64,000 nt of DNA from Chloroflexota bacterium (lineage in GTDB: Bacteria; Chloroflexota; UBA11872; VXOZ01). The notes under the pieces were generated by a model that made no database searches, was not told the DNA's origin, and saw only the letters and a list, made by a program, of their open reading frames with translations. Of the stretch, positions 30,145 through 40,625 are shown piece by piece. The stretch is taken from contig OZ244922.1 in the NCBI GenBank assembly GCA_965221905.1, positions 1,312,001-1,376,000 on the forward strand, written 5' to 3'. Numbering within the stretch: position 1 is the first letter of the stretch; every line of letters starts with the position of its first letter. Both the position numbers and the translations under genes were made by a program.

Positions 30145-30398
30145 GCTTTCCTCCAATTGTTCGCGTGTTCTATTTGGCGTATTTCAGAGTCTCATACGAG
30201 CTTCAGCGTTTGAGTTTGCCTGACTTCTGCTGAATTCCCTTTGACGGAATCTGCGCTAGCCGGGGCGCGATGCCCTCGCGCTCGTGGGCAGCCAGCGTCA
30301 CCCTTGTGCTTTGCAATGCAATTTCACGCGGGAAGTCAGGCGATTCCGTTTATTGGGGACATGACTCCTTGCGTTGTCACCTCGCACATTGATGGTCG

Positions 30399-30686
30399 CT
30401 AGCCGAGTCCGAAGTTGACATAGCCAAGCGAGCGCAAGATGTATAGGCCCGCGGCGGCGGCAACCGCCAAGAAGGCAACGACTTGCACCAGCTTCAAGAC
30501 GGGTCGCAGCAAAGCGCCTACGATTTTTGAGATGACCGAGAAGATTACCAGGACGCCGATAGCGAGTATGACCCAAATGCCCCAATCGGGCACTTGGTCC
30601 AACTCTGCCGGCGCAATGCTCCGCAGCCACTGCGTGGCGGCGTCCAGTACCTCTTCGACGGCAGGCAGCCAATTCTCCGTATCCAT
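30399..30686 (-). CDS. Hypothetical membrane protein
   Basis: Two TM segments; AAGGA RBS upstream. Confidence 0.65.
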   Translation of the reverse strand: MDTENWLPAVEEVLDAATQWLRSIAPAELDQVPDWGIWVILAIGVLVIFSVISKIVGALLRPVLKLVQVVAFLAVAAAAGLYILRSLGYVNFGLG

Positions 30687-30966
30687 GCGCTAATCCTTAT
30701 CTTGCGACCGCTTAACTTCATTGTCGAAGCGGCTTTGCCACTCTGTCAACACCGTGGTGCGGTAGCCAACGGTGGATTTACATTGCACGCGTACCGAGGG
30801 CTGCATTGCGGTATCATGAAATCCTACGAGTAGTCCAAGCTAAAGATAAAGTCTGTCACAGGGAAGAGCTAGTAATTGCACGTGTGAAGAGAAGCGGCCT
30901 TTGGCAATTGCTAGCCTAGGCACCGGAACCAATCATGCAAAGAGCGTCATTTTAGGGAGCAATGGA

Positions 30967-31746
30967 ATGTATACGATTGACCTGCGCGGCAAGCATGCAC
31001 TTGTCATGGGAGTAGCCAATAAGGAGAGTGCGGCCTGGGCCATCGTGCAGGCATTGGCCGGTGCTGGGGCGCGCATTGCCTTGAACTATCAGACTGAACG
31101 TCTTGCAAGTCGTGTGCAGGACCTCGCGGATACATTGGATAATCCGTTGGTAGCGCCCTGCGACGTCACGCACCCTGACGAGGTGGAGTCGCTCTTTTCC
31201 TTGGTAGAGCAGGAGTTCGGCACGCTCGACATTCTGGTGCATAGTCTCGCGTTCGCCAATCGGGACGAATTCGCGAAGGAGTTTGTGGATACGTCGCGCG
31301 ACGGTTTCCTGCAAGCGATTGAAATCAGCGCGCACTCCCTGATTACGCTCTCGCGGGCGGCGCTGCCCCTAATGCAGAAAGCCGGAAGCGGCAGCATCAT
31401 GACACTGACGTATCTCGGCGGCGAGCGCGTGGTGGCGGGCTACAAGCTCATGGGCCCGGCCAAAGCCACGCTGGATGCAAACGTACGCTACCTCGCCGAA
31501 AATCTCGGCCCCCACAACATCCGCGTGAACGCTATCTCCGCCGGAGCGATGCGCACCCTTTCTTTGGCGGGCATTCCCGGCGGACGCAACTTTCTGCTCG
31601 ACCTGCCGGAACGCACGCCACTGCGTCGCAACATCACGCAAGCAGAAGTGGGAGATACCGCCCTCTTCTTGGCTTCTCCCCTTTCGTCAGGCGTGACCGG
31701 CGAGACCATTCACGTGGACGCGGGATACCACATCATCGGCCTGTAA
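30967..31746 (+). CDS. fabI: Enoyl-ACP reductase FabI
   Basis: GVANKES.AW, VHSLAFA, TYLG.ERVV.GY..MG.AKA.L, RVNAISAG, HVDAGYHI. Confidence 0.93.
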   Translation: MYTIDLRGKHALVMGVANKESAAWAIVQALAGAGARIALNYQTERLASRVQDLADTLDNPLVAPCDVTHPDEVESLFSLVEQEFGTLDILVHSLAFANRDEFAKEFVDTSRDGFLQAIEISAHSLITLSRAALPLMQKAGSGSIMTLTYLGGERVVAGYKLMGPAKATLDANVRYLAENLGPHNIRVNAISAGAMRTLSLAGIPGGRNFLLDLPERTPLRRNITQAEVGDTALFLASPLSSGVTGETIHVDAGYHIIGL

Positions 31747-31804
31747 CAGGGGCGAACGCGAGATACGCTAAGTCCATACCCATTGTTCATTCATCCCGGC
31801 AGCA

Positions 31805-31866
31805 AAGCCGTTCATGCACCAATCCTTCGTCAAGCTCAGGACAGTCAAGCTTGGCACGAACGGCTT
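31805..31866. repeat. Palindromic dispersed repeat between convergent genes
   Basis: aagccgttcatgc...gcacgaacggctt outer stem enclosing tccttcgtcaagctcagga. Confidence 0.6.
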
Positions 31867-31976
31867 ATTCCTACACACCGAGAATAGTGCGCTTGGATTG
31901 CCGCAAACTCCCTCTACAGGACTCAAGAATCCGGCCCGGTGTTTACTCGCTCTTTGCTTCCTGCCAACTGTGGTTC

Positions 31977-32564
31977 TTAGCCGATGGCAAGTGTGCCTAA
32001 CATAGCACCAGCTTCTTCGGCCGGTAGGCCGATACCAAACACAGAGGCGACAATAGCCACAATGATGAACATCACAATCCAGCCGATGATTGCGGTCAAG
32101 ACAGCCTTGCCGGTACCTACGTCGAGTGCCTGGCGAATCGCGATGAGGCCTGCGAGGAGAACCCAAATAAGTAGGGCGAGCCGCAGCAAGCCGCCAAGCA
32201 ACGGAATGCCTCCAAGAATGCCTGTAAAGATCAGTAGCACGTTTGGCGACTGGGCAAAGCCGAGCGTACGGAGCATCTCACCATACGTGGCGGTGCCGCC
32301 GAATATTTTGGCGCCGATGATGTAGGTGACCAACGCCCAGGCCAGCCAGCCGAGTACTGCGACAAGGATGCCGCCAACGAGACCCGTTACGGCATCGATT
32401 GGGCTCAGGGTTAAGAGCTTCCATAGGGCGCTGCCGATACCGCTGGCAAGGGCAACGATGAGCACCACTTGCATGGCTTGACTGGTAGCAGATTGGTCGT
32501 GCTCCACCTCCTCATAGAGACTGGTATCGAGCATAGCGGCGCGGATCATGCGGTTGACGAGCAT
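31977..32564 (-). CDS. Yip1-domain membrane protein
   Basis: M..RMIRAAMLD...YEEVEHD..AT.QA, EMLRTLGFAQSP, AIRQALD. Confidence 0.8.
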   Translation of the reverse strand: MLVNRMIRAAMLDTSLYEEVEHDQSATSQAMQVVLIVALASGIGSALWKLLTLSPIDAVTGLVGGILVAVLGWLAWALVTYIIGAKIFGGTATYGEMLRTLGFAQSPNVLLIFTGILGGIPLLGGLLRLALLIWVLLAGLIAIRQALDVGTGKAVLTAIIGWIVMFIIVAIVASVFGIGLPAEEAGAMLGTLAIG

Positions 32565-32821
32565 GGCGTCTTCCTTTCTGTGTGCTTCTGCAACTCTCTC
32601 TACACGGTGCCACCCACAAAGCGACAAAACATACTTGCAGTTCTTGCTACATGCTAGCAGAGGAACTTAGAAAAAGCAATGTATGTGTTAAGTATCTTAA
32701 GTTTCTATGGCCTTAAGCTTGTCCTGGAATTGTCCTGGTACTGCGTGCGTTCTCCCATGCCCACGGACTTCTCTGCTCGCATCACGCTGATCGGGGCTCC
32801 GGCAGTGCCGGGACCGGCCCA

Positions 32822-33406
32822 TTAGAGGCCTTCTACTTGGAAATTCTCAGGGAAGAACGCAAACGTAATGGATAGCGAAATTACGATCAAGACGATGGCA
32901 GTGATGAGCGTAGTGATTGTCGCTTTGCCGGTGCTAATGCCCAGGGTCTGCCGGGTTGCGATGACGTCGACTATCAGGACCCAAAGTACTGCCGCGAGTC
33001 CCAAGAGACCTCCCAGGGCGGCCCCGGCAAACGGAACGAATACCAGCGGCACGGTAAGAATGGTAATCACCGACGGCGATTGGGCGAATGCAAGGGCGCG
33101 GAGCATTTCCACGTAGCTGCCGGTACCGCCAAAGAGGCCGGTGCCAATGAGATAGGCGAGCAATGCCCAAAGCAACCAACCGAAGACTGCGGTAGCGGCG
33201 GAGACCGCGATGTTGTTGAGCATGTTTGTCTGTAGAGCAGAATCTACCGGGGCGTTGAGTGCCTGCACCACGCTGCTAATGACGCCGATGACGGCAACGA
33301 TGACAATGACCTGCACGGCTTGGAACATGGCCGCGCGGTCTTCCTTGATCTCATCGAACACCAGCGGATCGAGCATGGCGGCACGGAACATGCGGTCGGC
33401 AAGCAT
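32822..33406 (-). CDS. Yip1-domain membrane protein (tandem paralog)
   Basis: MLADRMFRAAMLD...F.EI.ED, EMLRALAFAQSP, ATRQTL. Confidence 0.8.
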   Translation of the reverse strand: MLADRMFRAAMLDPLVFDEIKEDRAAMFQAVQVIVIVAVIGVISSVVQALNAPVDSALQTNMLNNIAVSAATAVFGWLLWALLAYLIGTGLFGGTGSYVEMLRALAFAQSPSVITILTVPLVFVPFAGAALGGLLGLAAVLWVLIVDVIATRQTLGISTGKATITTLITAIVLIVISLSITFAFFPENFQVEGL

Positions 33407-33493
33407 AGCTCCTCCTTTTCTGTGCCCTTATGTAGAAATCGCTAGTATCGCGCCTCAAGAACCCAATGACATCAAAAGAGCATCGTACGAGCT

Positions 33494-33517
33494 GTAGCGC
33501 GGGGGCTTGTCCCCCGC
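33494..33517 (+). repeat. GTAG-type REP
   Basis: GTAGC-GCGGGGG-CTTGT-CCCCCGC; degenerate inverted relative at 61629-61646. Confidence 0.6.
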
Positions 33518-33885
33518 CTGATGGCAGAATCGGCCGTATAGCCAATGCGGCGCAGAAATCCCAAACAGGACAGGATGCATCACGCTCCCGCCGCAAGGCT
33601 GTGCAGTATCCGGTATGATGCACGCTTTACAGCGGTCTCGCGGCAAGCAAACTATGTTCCGAAGACCCTCTCTCGCACTATATATTGAAGAGGCTGCAAC
33701 GATTTGTCAATGTTCGGTATGTCGGCGCGCGCAACGTTGCACTTAGCGCTTGCCACATGCGTTATCTTGTTTGTGCGCCTTGACAGTAGCGTGCTGCCGC
33801 AGCAGGATAGCAACTAACGAAAGATAGAGCCTGCAAGTCAAGCGAGAACGTTGCAAGGGACATCCAGAAAGAGGAGCTAAAGACC

Positions 33886-34725
33886 ATGAGCGTTGCCATT
33901 GCAGAGCCAAGACAACTCTCCGTCGACGATGTGGATTTCTACAATGAGCACGGGTACCTGCGGTTGAAGCAGGTCTTCGATCCGCAGGAGCTAGCGGCGC
34001 TCAGCGAAGAGCTCGACCACATCATTCAGTACTTCGCGACCCACGGCAAGGGGTGGTCCGGGCCGTGGCGCAAGCAACTGATGCAGAGCGACGTGGAGAC
34101 CAAGAGCCTCTTGGTGACCATCCACGAACTGCAGAGCTATAGCGCCGCCTGGGCGCGGGCGCTGGTGCAGGAGCGGCTGGTGCAGTCAATTGCGGACATC
34201 ATTGGGCCGGAATTGGAATTTCATCACAGCACCCTGCACGCGAAAGGCCCCGATACCGGCACGCCGTTCCCCATGCATCAGGACTACCCCTTCTACCCCC
34301 ACCAGGACGGACGCTACATTGACGCAATCTTGCACATCGACACCGCCGATGAGACGAGCGGCTGCCTGAAGTTCCTGGAAGGCAGCCACAAACTGGGGCC
34401 GCTGGAGCACAGCCGCGAGGGCTCGCCTCACCTCGATCAGAACGTGTACCGCCTTCAAGACGCCGTGTCCGTGCCGGCAGACCCGGGCGACGTGGTGCTC
34501 TTCAGCATTTGGACGATCCACGGCTCCGCGCTCAACGAACAGCCCCGCTGGCGGCGCGTAGTGCGCTTCGGCTACCGCAACCCGCGCAATCTCCAGGTGA
34601 GCGGTCAGGCCATGGGACGCCCCGGCACCCTTGTGCGCGGCGTCCGCCCCAAGCTGGAAAGCCAGTCCATCGAGGTCTACGGCAACTGGGGTCCACAAGC
34701 GGTAGCGCCAAGAGATGACGATTAG
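33886..34725 (+). CDS. Phytanoyl-CoA dioxygenase (PhyH)-family 2OG-Fe(II) oxygenase
   Basis: FY.EHGYL, MHQD (HxD), GCL.FL.GSH, PGDVVLF...TIHGS..N...WRR. Confidence 0.9.
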   Translation: MSVAIAEPRQLSVDDVDFYNEHGYLRLKQVFDPQELAALSEELDHIIQYFATHGKGWSGPWRKQLMQSDVETKSLLVTIHELQSYSAAWARALVQERLVQSIADIIGPELEFHHSTLHAKGPDTGTPFPMHQDYPFYPHQDGRYIDAILHIDTADETSGCLKFLEGSHKLGPLEHSREGSPHLDQNVYRLQDAVSVPADPGDVVLFSIWTIHGSALNEQPRWRRVVRFGYRNPRNLQVSGQAMGRPGTLVRGVRPKLESQSIEVYGNWGPQAVAPRDDD

Positions 34726-34815
34726 ACTGAGACTTACATAGATTACACTCGTCGAGCGCACAATGCAGTGCTCCGACCTGCAGAAGCCATAGGAACCTTA
34801 GAAGGACTGGGAATA

Positions 34816-35586
34816 GTGATCCGCTTTGGGTATCGCACGCCGGGGTTGAAGGCGCTTTCGTTTCGGGAGAAGGTGCAGCTTGCGGTGGACTTGGGATTGC
34901 CCGCCATCGAGGTGGCGCGGACGGAGTTTGCGTCGCTGGAGGACTGCAAAGAACTAAAGGCGGCGAGCGCGGAGCTGGGCGTAGAGGTGACGTCCATGGG
35001 CGGCGCAATGGGCCTGTGCAACCCGGCTCTCCGGGAAGAGATCCTGGAACAGCTCGAGTTCGCGCTCGACGCGTGCGAGGAGTTGGATGTTGACATCTTC
35101 TTCACGCGCGCCATGTCGCCGGCGCCGGGCGTGCCTCAAGCCGATACGTGGGAAGCGTGCGCGGACATCACGCGCGCGGTCTGCGAGCGGTCGGCGGAGC
35201 GCGGCATCCGCTTTGCGCTGGAGGCCGATCCGCCCTGTTTCGTGCACACGTTGGAACGGGTCGAGCGGCTGATGGAGATGGTCGATCACCCGAACTTCTG
35301 GCTGAACTACGATCCCACTAATTACTATGTCGTCGGCAGCGACCCGCTGCAGGTCATCACGCGCCACGCCGACCGCATCATCAACGGCCACATCAAGGAC
35401 GGCGTGTACCACGCCGACGAAAAGGGCGAGCGCCCGGTGGGTACTGGTGAGGTGCCGTACGGGGAGATCTTCCGCGCGCTCCTCGACCGGGGCCTCGACA
35501 TCGCCATGCACATTGAGCACTGCAACTCGGTCAAGTGCGTGGCTGAGGCGGCAGCGCACGTGAAAGCGGTCATGGCGTCTTTGTAG
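34816..35586 (+). CDS. Sugar phosphate isomerase/epimerase (TIM barrel)
   Basis: FALE, NYDPTN, HIKD, VGTG.V.Y, IEH metal ligands; probable GTG start. Confidence 0.85.
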   Translation: MIRFGYRTPGLKALSFREKVQLAVDLGLPAIEVARTEFASLEDCKELKAASAELGVEVTSMGGAMGLCNPALREEILEQLEFALDACEELDVDIFFTRAMSPAPGVPQADTWEACADITRAVCERSAERGIRFALEADPPCFVHTLERVERLMEMVDHPNFWLNYDPTNYYVVGSDPLQVITRHADRIINGHIKDGVYHADEKGERPVGTGEVPYGEIFRALLDRGLDIAMHIEHCNSVKCVAEAAAHVKAVMASL

Positions 35587-35727
35587 ATGACGGCGTATGC
35601 GCGGGGCCATTGGGCACAGCTTCCGCTTCTTGGTGATTGACCGCTACTTCTGCTGTTTGGCTTGGTACTTTCCTTCCAGGTGAGCGCGTTTCCTAGTGGC
35701 CCCATGTTCTCTTTCCGGCCAATTGGT

Positions 35728-35805
35728 CGCAGGTTGCAAACCTGCGCTACCGGTCAGCAAACCCCCGCCACCGGTCAGCAAACCCCCGCTACCGGTCAGC
35801 AAGCC
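35728..35805 (-). repeat. GTAG-REP copy plus 21 bp tandem repeat (x3.3)
   Basis: cgcaggttgcaaacctgcgctac followed by (gcaaacccccgcYaccggtca) units. Confidence 0.75.
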
Positions 35806-35953
35806 TTGAAGTTCCTCACGATTTAGTATTTCTCGCTGCCTGATCGCCGGAGCGGCACGCTTCGCGGGCGTGGTACCATACTCCCTGCACACGGCAGGAA
35901 ATCGCGCGCCGTTTTACACGGCGCGATTTCGTTTTGTAGGAGGCAGACGCTCC

Positions 35954-37276
35954 GTGCAGACTGCGCAAGATGCGACGGCGGTGACCGGCTACTTCCAAGC
36001 GCTGCGGCTCTTCAACCGCAATGTGCGGATATTCATTCTCAGCGCCCTGCTCCTGGGATTCGCCTTCTTCGGCATCTATGCCGTACTCCTCAATCTCTAC
36101 CTGTTGCGCTTGGGATACGGTCCCACGGTTATCGGCCTTGTTAATGGCATGGGATTTGTGGCGTACGCACTATTCAGTTTGCCCGCTGGGGCCTTGGGGG
36201 CGCGCTATGGCACGCGGCGCATGCTGCAGGTGGGGTTTGTGCTCGCGGCTGTGGGCATGGGGTTGCTGCCGGCGGCGCAATTCCTCTCCGGCAACGTGCA
36301 GGTGGCCTGGATCGTGGCCACGTACACGCTGACCTCGATGGGGCTCGATGCCTACTTCGTGAACAGCAACCCGTTCATGATTCAGTTCACGACGCCGCGC
36401 GAACGTATGTACCTTTACTCTCTGCGCGTAGGGATGAGTCCCATGGCGGCATTTGTCGGTGCTCTGGTGGGCGGATTTTTGCCTGGGACGCTAGCGAGAT
36501 TGCTCCCAATTACCGATACGGCTTCTTTTGCGCTGGCGCTCCTCGTGGCGCCGGTCGCGTTGCTGATCGGTGTCGTAGCGCTCTTCAGCACCAGAGCGAT
36601 AGCCGTGCCTGCGGAGGAGGAAGACCGCCCCGAGCGCACCGGCAGCGCCGCCTCGACCGCATTGCCAGTGCTCCTGATAACAATGATGGGGTTGGTCATC
36701 ATGCTGCGTATGGCCGCGGAGGGGGCGCAACGCACCTTTTTCAACGTCTACTTGGAAGAGATACTGGTGATGCCCACCGCGCACATCGGCATGCTGGCCG
36801 CGTGCGGCCAGCTTGTGGGAGGATTTGGCGCCCTCTCGGCTCCCTTCCTCACGCGGCGCTGGAGCTTGGAGCGGGTGATATTTTGGGCAAGTCTGGGGAT
36901 GGCCGGCAGTGCCGTAGTCTTTGCGCTTATACCGCATTGGGCCGCGGCGGCGGTGGGATATGCGGGATTGGTCAGCTTTACCTACATTCAGCGTCCCTGC
37001 AGCCTGCGCTTTACGATGGAAGTAGTGCCGAAACGCTGGCGGGAGACGGCCGCGGGCGTTGCCAACATGGTGGCGGGGATCGGCTGGGGTACGATGGGTT
37101 TTTCCGGCGGCTACTTGGTAGGCGCGTACGGCTACCAAGGCTTCTTTCTGGCCGGCGCGACCCTCACCGGAATCAGCGCCGTGATCTTCTTCTGGTACTT
37201 TGGCATACCCCATAGCACTCTCTCGAAAGGGCAGCGCGCCGATACCCTAGAGAGCGTTTCCAATGGGGGGCAGTGA
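35954..37276 (+). CDS. MFS transporter
   Basis: About 12 TM segments, LPAG.LGARYG.RR motif; GTG start after AGGAGG. Confidence 0.88.
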   Translation: MQTAQDATAVTGYFQALRLFNRNVRIFILSALLLGFAFFGIYAVLLNLYLLRLGYGPTVIGLVNGMGFVAYALFSLPAGALGARYGTRRMLQVGFVLAAVGMGLLPAAQFLSGNVQVAWIVATYTLTSMGLDAYFVNSNPFMIQFTTPRERMYLYSLRVGMSPMAAFVGALVGGFLPGTLARLLPITDTASFALALLVAPVALLIGVVALFSTRAIAVPAEEEDRPERTGSAASTALPVLLITMMGLVIMLRMAAEGAQRTFFNVYLEEILVMPTAHIGMLAACGQLVGGFGALSAPFLTRRWSLERVIFWASLGMAGSAVVFALIPHWAAAAVGYAGLVSFTYIQRPCSLRFTMEVVPKRWRETAAGVANMVAGIGWGTMGFSGGYLVGAYGYQGFFLAGATLTGISAVIFFWYFGIPHSTLSKGQRADTLESVSNGGQ

Positions 37277-37386
37277 AACGTCATGCATTCGCCCCCGTAT
37301 CGAGTACGGGACAGGCTCACAACGAACGGCTCTTGCAATATTGAATACAACCTCTAAGACAGCTCTGAGACTTTGCAGAATCTCTC

Positions 37387-38274
37387 TTAGATTAGCTGGG
37401 GCCAGTCTCGGCCGTGCTCTTGGAATTGTTCCCGCAGGGAACGCAAGACGGCGGCGGGCAGCGGCCCTTCAGCCACCTGCTCAATATTGCTTGAGAGTTG
37501 GTCCAAACTGTCGATGCCGACAATGGCTGTTTCGATGTAGTCGAACGAATGGCAGAAACGCAATGCCAGCGCCACGCCGTTATCGGGCGCGCCCTCCGGC
37601 ACCGTGAAATGCTGCGCGCGCCGCCAGTACTCGTCCGCATAGCCGTAGGGCGAGGCGGGCCGGTTGAACGCGGCGTTTGCGATGGGGCGCTTGGCTATGA
37701 TGCCCATGCCGGCTGCTTCAGCGGCGGGGAGAATCTCATCGAGCGCGCTCTGGTCGACGACGTTGAACGACGTGAGCAGTGTGGCAAACACACCCATGCC
37801 TATGGCTTCCAGTGCCGCGTCGTTGTCACCGCTATAGCCGATATATCGGGTCTTGCCGCTGCGCTGGGCATCTTGGAGGGCGCGCACCACGTCTCCCCGG
37901 CGCAACACGTCAACTTCGCAGGTGTGGATGTGAACGAGGTCGAGGTGATCGGTTTGCATGCGGCGCAGCGACTGGTCTATGCCTTGCGTAACCGCGGCGG
38001 CAGTCCATTCCGGTGCGGTGACGCCGCCCGCGGCGTGCCCGCATTTGGTAGTCAGCCAGTATTCGTCGCGGCGGCGGCTGATATATTTACCGAGAGTCTC
38101 CTCGCTTTCGCCGTAGCAGGGCGCGGTGTCGATGTAGTTGACGCCACTATCAAGAAGCGTGTTGAGCAACACCTCGGCTTCTGCCGGAGAGCCAGCATCT
38201 GTGGCGATACGCGCAGCGCCAAATCCCAACCAACTGACGTCCATGTCAGTCCCGCCCAGTCTACGCTTCTCCAT
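37387..38274 (-). CDS. Aldo/keto reductase
   Basis: RRLG.T.MDVS.LGFG, IDTAPCYG.SEE.LG, TKCG, SL.RM.TDHLDL..IH. Confidence 0.9.
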   Translation of the reverse strand: MEKRRLGGTDMDVSWLGFGAARIATDAGSPAEAEVLLNTLLDSGVNYIDTAPCYGESEETLGKYISRRRDEYWLTTKCGHAAGGVTAPEWTAAAVTQGIDQSLRRMQTDHLDLVHIHTCEVDVLRRGDVVRALQDAQRSGKTRYIGYSGDNDAALEAIGMGVFATLLTSFNVVDQSALDEILPAAEAAGMGIIAKRPIANAAFNRPASPYGYADEYWRRAQHFTVPEGAPDNGVALALRFCHSFDYIETAIVGIDSLDQLSSNIEQVAEGPLPAAVLRSLREQFQEHGRDWPQLI

Positions 38275-38423
38275 TCTCAATCTCCAATGCTGAATCGACT
38301 GTTGCGTTGACGCTTTGTGGCGATGAACCATTCCAATTGTACTGCTTCTGTCTTAAGCCAATTTCCCTTTCCGGCCTCCTCATGCAGCAATGTTTGAATG
38401 ACGCGGAAGCGTCCGGGCAGGAC

Positions 38424-39692
38424 TTAGCGGAAGTCCGACGCGAGTCGAGGATCTTTGAAGAAGAATGTGATTCCCAGCGCGAGCAGCGCCAGCGTTAAGG
38501 TAACGATAAAGTAAGGAAGATACCCGGCAAGATCGATCAAAACGCCGCCACCCACTGCGGACAGGCCGAGCATAGGTTGCGCCACTAAGAAGACCACCAT
38601 CGTATACGTGCCCTTGTCGCCCGCGGGGGCAAAGTCCATTGCCAAATTTATGCGAGCGATCATCATGGTAATGAGCGCCGCATTGCCAAGAATCCAGGCT
38701 ATGTAGAATGCCGGCTGCCAAGCAGGCAGCAAGAGCAGCAGAGAGATGAAGAAACCAATGAGCGCGGCGCGCATGAGGAAACGGTGGCCCCGCCTATCGC
38801 CAAGCGATCCGCCCAGCAGCGCGCCGCACGCGCTGGCGATGAATCCTACGGCGGCCAGCAACCCGGCGGCAGCCAGCGGCAGGGCCACTGCGTCAAAGGC
38901 ATAGACGGAGTAGAAGTTCAGTACGGACTGAAAGAGGCCGGTCAAGGCAGCCACGATCAACAACCTCATGAAATCCCGATGGCGCGCCACTTGATCGGTC
39001 AAGGCGCGCGTATACGCGCGGAGCGACTGAAACGACGTGCGCGGCGTCGTTGCCGGCTCAACTATGAGCAGAATGAGAATGTTGCCCAGAATCATGAAGG
39101 TTCCGCCGGCGATGAAAACCAGTGTGAAGTTCGTCGGCCAAGCCCAGGCCGTTAGCAGCCACGTTGCCATGAGTCCGCCTACAACGCCGGTTGTGAGACT
39201 TACGGAAAATTGCCAGCCGCTCACCGTGCCGTAGTGGCGGCCAAAGAGAATGCTCATCAGCTCGAACCCCGGGGCAATGATGGCGCCGAACGTCAGCCAG
39301 GTTAGGGCAAGCAACGTGAACAGGAGGAGGATGGCAACGGCAGGATGCTGCCAGAGTTGCCAAACTACAACGCCGATGAGCACGTAGAAGAGCCCAATTA
39401 GGGCACGTGAACCGGCAAGAAAATGACGCCGCGTCCGCAGCCTTTGATTCAGCATAGCGGCGGGTATCAAGGCAGGCAAAGAGGCGACGTGGGCGAGATA
39501 CACCAAGCCGACAATCGTTCGGGAATCGGTCAACTGCAGGAGCAGCGCGTTGATCACGGGCGGCGCCACAAAGGCGAGGCCGCACCCCCACACCGCCTCG
39601 CAACCCAAGAGAACGGAGAGGTTGCGGCGGTAGGTACGTTCAGTGGAAGGTATATAGAAGAGCGAACGCAGCAACGAAGCCACGCGACTCAT
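38424..39692 (-). CDS. MFS transporter
   Basis: About 12 TM segments, GG.LGDRRGHR motif, GG.LID..GY. Confidence 0.85.
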   Translation of the reverse strand: MSRVASLLRSLFYIPSTERTYRRNLSVLLGCEAVWGCGLAFVAPPVINALLLQLTDSRTIVGLVYLAHVASLPALIPAAMLNQRLRTRRHFLAGSRALIGLFYVLIGVVVWQLWQHPAVAILLLFTLLALTWLTFGAIIAPGFELMSILFGRHYGTVSGWQFSVSLTTGVVGGLMATWLLTAWAWPTNFTLVFIAGGTFMILGNILILLIVEPATTPRTSFQSLRAYTRALTDQVARHRDFMRLLIVAALTGLFQSVLNFYSVYAFDAVALPLAAAGLLAAVGFIASACGALLGGSLGDRRGHRFLMRAALIGFFISLLLLLPAWQPAFYIAWILGNAALITMMIARINLAMDFAPAGDKGTYTMVVFLVAQPMLGLSAVGGGVLIDLAGYLPYFIVTLTLALLALGITFFFKDPRLASDFR

Positions 39693-39749
39693 GGCACACA
39701 ATCCATCGTGCGGAAATGATCACTTATCCAGTGTACGCGCGTCCTCGGC

Positions 39750-40625
39750 CTATTTGTCATCCTGGGGAATGGCGTGAGGGTAGTGGCCGCCCGTATCGTC
39801 AAAGGGACGGTGCTTTTCGGAGAGCTCGTAGGTGAGGATCTTTTCCATAGTGTTGCCCCAGACGCCTTGCTGGATGTCGGGCGGCACGCCGAGCACGTCC
39901 ATGCAATTCCGGTAGTCGTTCATCACGTCTTCCATAAGGAAGTACGGTACGTCGGTGCCAAAGATAATCTTCTCCCAGGCGTCGCGTCCCCAAGGATCGC
40001 GATACTGGCTGTCGCGCCGCCACCACAGGATTTTGCCCACGTCCTCCGGAGCCAGCATCTTCAGGGTCGAGCCGGTGATGTCCATGTAAAGGTTCGGATT
40101 CCAGCGCAGTACCATGCCGCCCTCGTACCACCAGGGATTGCCCAAGTGGGCACCGATCATGACGAGTTCGGGCACCTGCCGCGCAATATAGTCAAGATGC
40201 ACCGGCATCATGCGGCCTGAATGGATGTCATTCTCTTTATCACCGGCGTGGCGGGCGACAATGCCTTGGTGGAAGAGAATGGGCATTTCGAGGTCGGCGG
40301 CTTTTTGATAGGTGGGTAAGTAGGAGCGGTCGTCGTAGGCTTTGCGGGTCTTGATAAACTTCAGACCTTTGAAGCCGTTGTCATAGAGCTGCTGCACGGT
40401 ATCTTCCGCATTGGGGTCTAGCGCTGGGTCCAGCCACCCGAAGCCGACGAGTTTTTCCGGGTGTTTCTTGATGGCTTTCTCAATTTCAACGTTTGAGCTT
40501 CCCGGTCCGGTCGTGTTGGTAGCCAGCAGGACTGTTTTGTCAACGCCGAGCTTAGCCATAGTGTCGATGAGTTTGTCTGCGTAGTCTCTTTCCTGGCCGA
40601 GGTGATGATGAGCGTCTATGACCAC
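39750..40625 (-). CDS. Amidohydrolase-family protein
   Basis: IDAHHH, FKGLK, ILFHQG, GAHLG, YMDITG, FGTDVP; GTG after GGAGG. Confidence 0.88.
   Translation of the reverse strand: MVIDAHHHLGQERDYADKLIDTMAKLGVDKTVLLATNTTGPGSSNVEIEKAIKKHPEKLVGFGWLDPALDPNAEDTVQQLYDNGFKGLKFIKTRKAYDDRSYLPTYQKAADLEMPILFHQGIVARHAGDKENDIHSGRMMPVHLDYIARQVPELVMIGAHLGNPWWYEGGMVLRWNPNLYMDITGSTLKMLAPEDVGKILWWRRDSQYRDPWGRDAWEKIIFGTDVPYFLMEDVMNDYRNCMDVLGVPPDIQQGVWGNTMEKILTYELSEKHRPFDDTGGHYPHAIPQDDK

Noticed and set aside
37365-37386. Possible IS end (gagactttgcagaatctc)
   Set aside because: No partner repeat, target duplication or transposase remnant seen
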